A stretch of DNA of 64,000 bases, taken from the human T2T-CHM13v2.0 reference genome, Homo sapiens. Below are positions 62,565-64,000 of this stretch, in pieces (positions within the stretch are counted from its first letter, which is position 1; each line of letters begins with the position of its first letter). The stretch lies in assembly GCF_009914755.1 (NCBI RefSeq), contig NC_060931.1, one strand, 5' to 3'. Under the pieces are notes generated by a model, which saw only the letters and a program-made list of their open reading frames with translations, was not told the origin of the DNA and made no database searches. The translations under genes and the position numbers were made by a program.

Positions 62565-64000
62565 GTAGACTAAGTGTAGTTTTAGGTTCACAGCAAAATT
62601 GAGAGAAAGGTACAAAAATTTCCAATAGCTCCCTGCCCCACACATACATAGCCTCCCACATTATTAACATCTCCCACCAGAGTGGTACATTGGTTACAAC
62701 TGATGAACCTACAGTGACACATCATTATAACCCACAGTCCCTAGTTTACGTTAGAGTTCACACTTGGTGTTGTACATTCATTCTATAGGATTGATAAATT
62801 TACAGTGATGTGTATCCACCATTACAGTATCATGCAGAGTAATTTCACTGCCCTAAAATCCTCTATCCTCTGTCTATTCATGCCTTCCTCTCCTCTAATC
62901 CCTGCCCAATCCCTGGCATCCAATTATCTTTTTACTGCCTCCATGCTTTTGCCTTTTCCAGAACATCATATAGTTGGAACCATACAGTATTCTTTTCAGA
63001 TTGGCTTCTTTCACTTAGTAATATGCATTTAAGTTTTCTCCATATCTTTTCATGGCTTGACAGCTTCTTTCTCTTTAACACTGATTTTTTTTTTTTTTCT
63101 GGATGTACTGTGATGTATTTATTCACTCACCTACTGAAAGACATCTTGTTTGCTTCCAAGTTTTGGCAATTATGATTAAGCTGTAATAAACATCTCTGTG
63201 TAGGGTTTTTTTTTATTTTATTTTAAGTTCTGGGGTACATGTGCAGGATGTGCAGGTTTGTTACAAAGGTAAACGTATGCCATGGTGGTTTGCTGTACCT
63301 ATCAACCCTTGACCTAGGTATTAAACCCAGCATGCATTAGCTATTTTTCCTAATGTTCTCCCTCCCCACTCCCCATCTCCCTACAGGTCCCGGTGTTGTT
63401 CCCCTCCCCGTGTTCTGATTATTCAGCTCTCACTTATAAGTGAGAACATGCGGTGTTTGGTTTTCTGTTCCTCTGTGCAGGTTTTTATGTGTACAAAAAT
63501 TTTCAATTCCTTTGGGTAAATACCAAGGAGAAAGATTGCTGAATTGCACGGGCAAAAGTATGGTCAGTTTTGTAAGAAACGGCCAAACGGTCCTCCAAAA
63601 TAGGTATACCATTTTGCATTCCCACCAGCAATGAATGAGAGTTTCTGTTGCTTCACATCCTCACCAGCATTTGGTGTGTCAGTGTTCTGGATGTTGGCCA
63701 TTCTAATAGGTGTGTAGTGGTATCTCAGTGTTGATTTAATTTGTATTTATTTGATGACATATGATGTTGAGCATTGTTCATATGCGTATTTGTCATGTGT
63801 ATCATATTTGGTGAGGTGTCAGAGTCTTTGGCCCACTTTTTAGTTGGGTCATTTGTGTTTTTATTGTTCAGTTTTGAGAGTTCTTTGTTTATTTTGAAGA
63901 ACAATTTTTTATCTGATATTACTTTGGCAAATATTTTCTCTGTGGCTTGTCTTCTTATTCTCAACAGTGTCTTTTGCAGAGCAGAAATTTTTAGTGATAA
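62565..64000 (-). mobile_element. L1MA/MB 3' region with a nested short L1PA 3' end (about 63205-63470)
   Basis: TTTTAGGTTCACAGCAAAATTG 3' end and TACCATTTTGCATTCCCACCAGCAATG. The nested piece (GTACATGTGCAGGATGTGCAGGTTTG) is flanked by CTCTGTG(T/C)AGG repeats. Confidence 0.85.

Overview
Primate genomic DNA (human or a very close relative), not a prokaryotic locus. The window holds the 5' end of CRPPA (ISPD, CDP-L-ribitol pyrophosphorylase A) on the minus strand. Visible parts are a CpG-island promoter, coding exon 1 (59064-58808, 257 nt), exon 2 (44104-43828, 277 nt) and exon 3 (14028-13879, 150 nt), all with canonical GT-AG junctions and a continuous frame. The rest is intronic or upstream DNA filled with interspersed repeats: L1, Alu, L2/MIR, MaLR/ERVL/ERV1 solo LTRs and DNA-transposon relics. 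Intron 2 carries a near full-length but inactivated L1PA3/PA4-type LINE-1 with a 17-bp TSD, a 44-nt non-L1 5' extension and an extended ORF0. The standout feature is a ~4.1-kb stretch in intron 2 (about 34500-38600) made of GACACGTGAC/GACATGTGA/CCAACACGTG-like words. It is not a clean tandem repeat as written, but mapping G->A and C->T collapses it into an AT-only satellite (AATATATAATT)n. It begins at the TA-rich spot of an L1PB 3' fragment and has lost almost all TpA dinucleotides. It therefore looks like an AT-rich repeat rewritten by near-saturating A>G/T>C transitions on both strands, leaving a dense E-box/CpG cluster. Repeat subfamily names come from remembered consensus sequences and were not verified by search.
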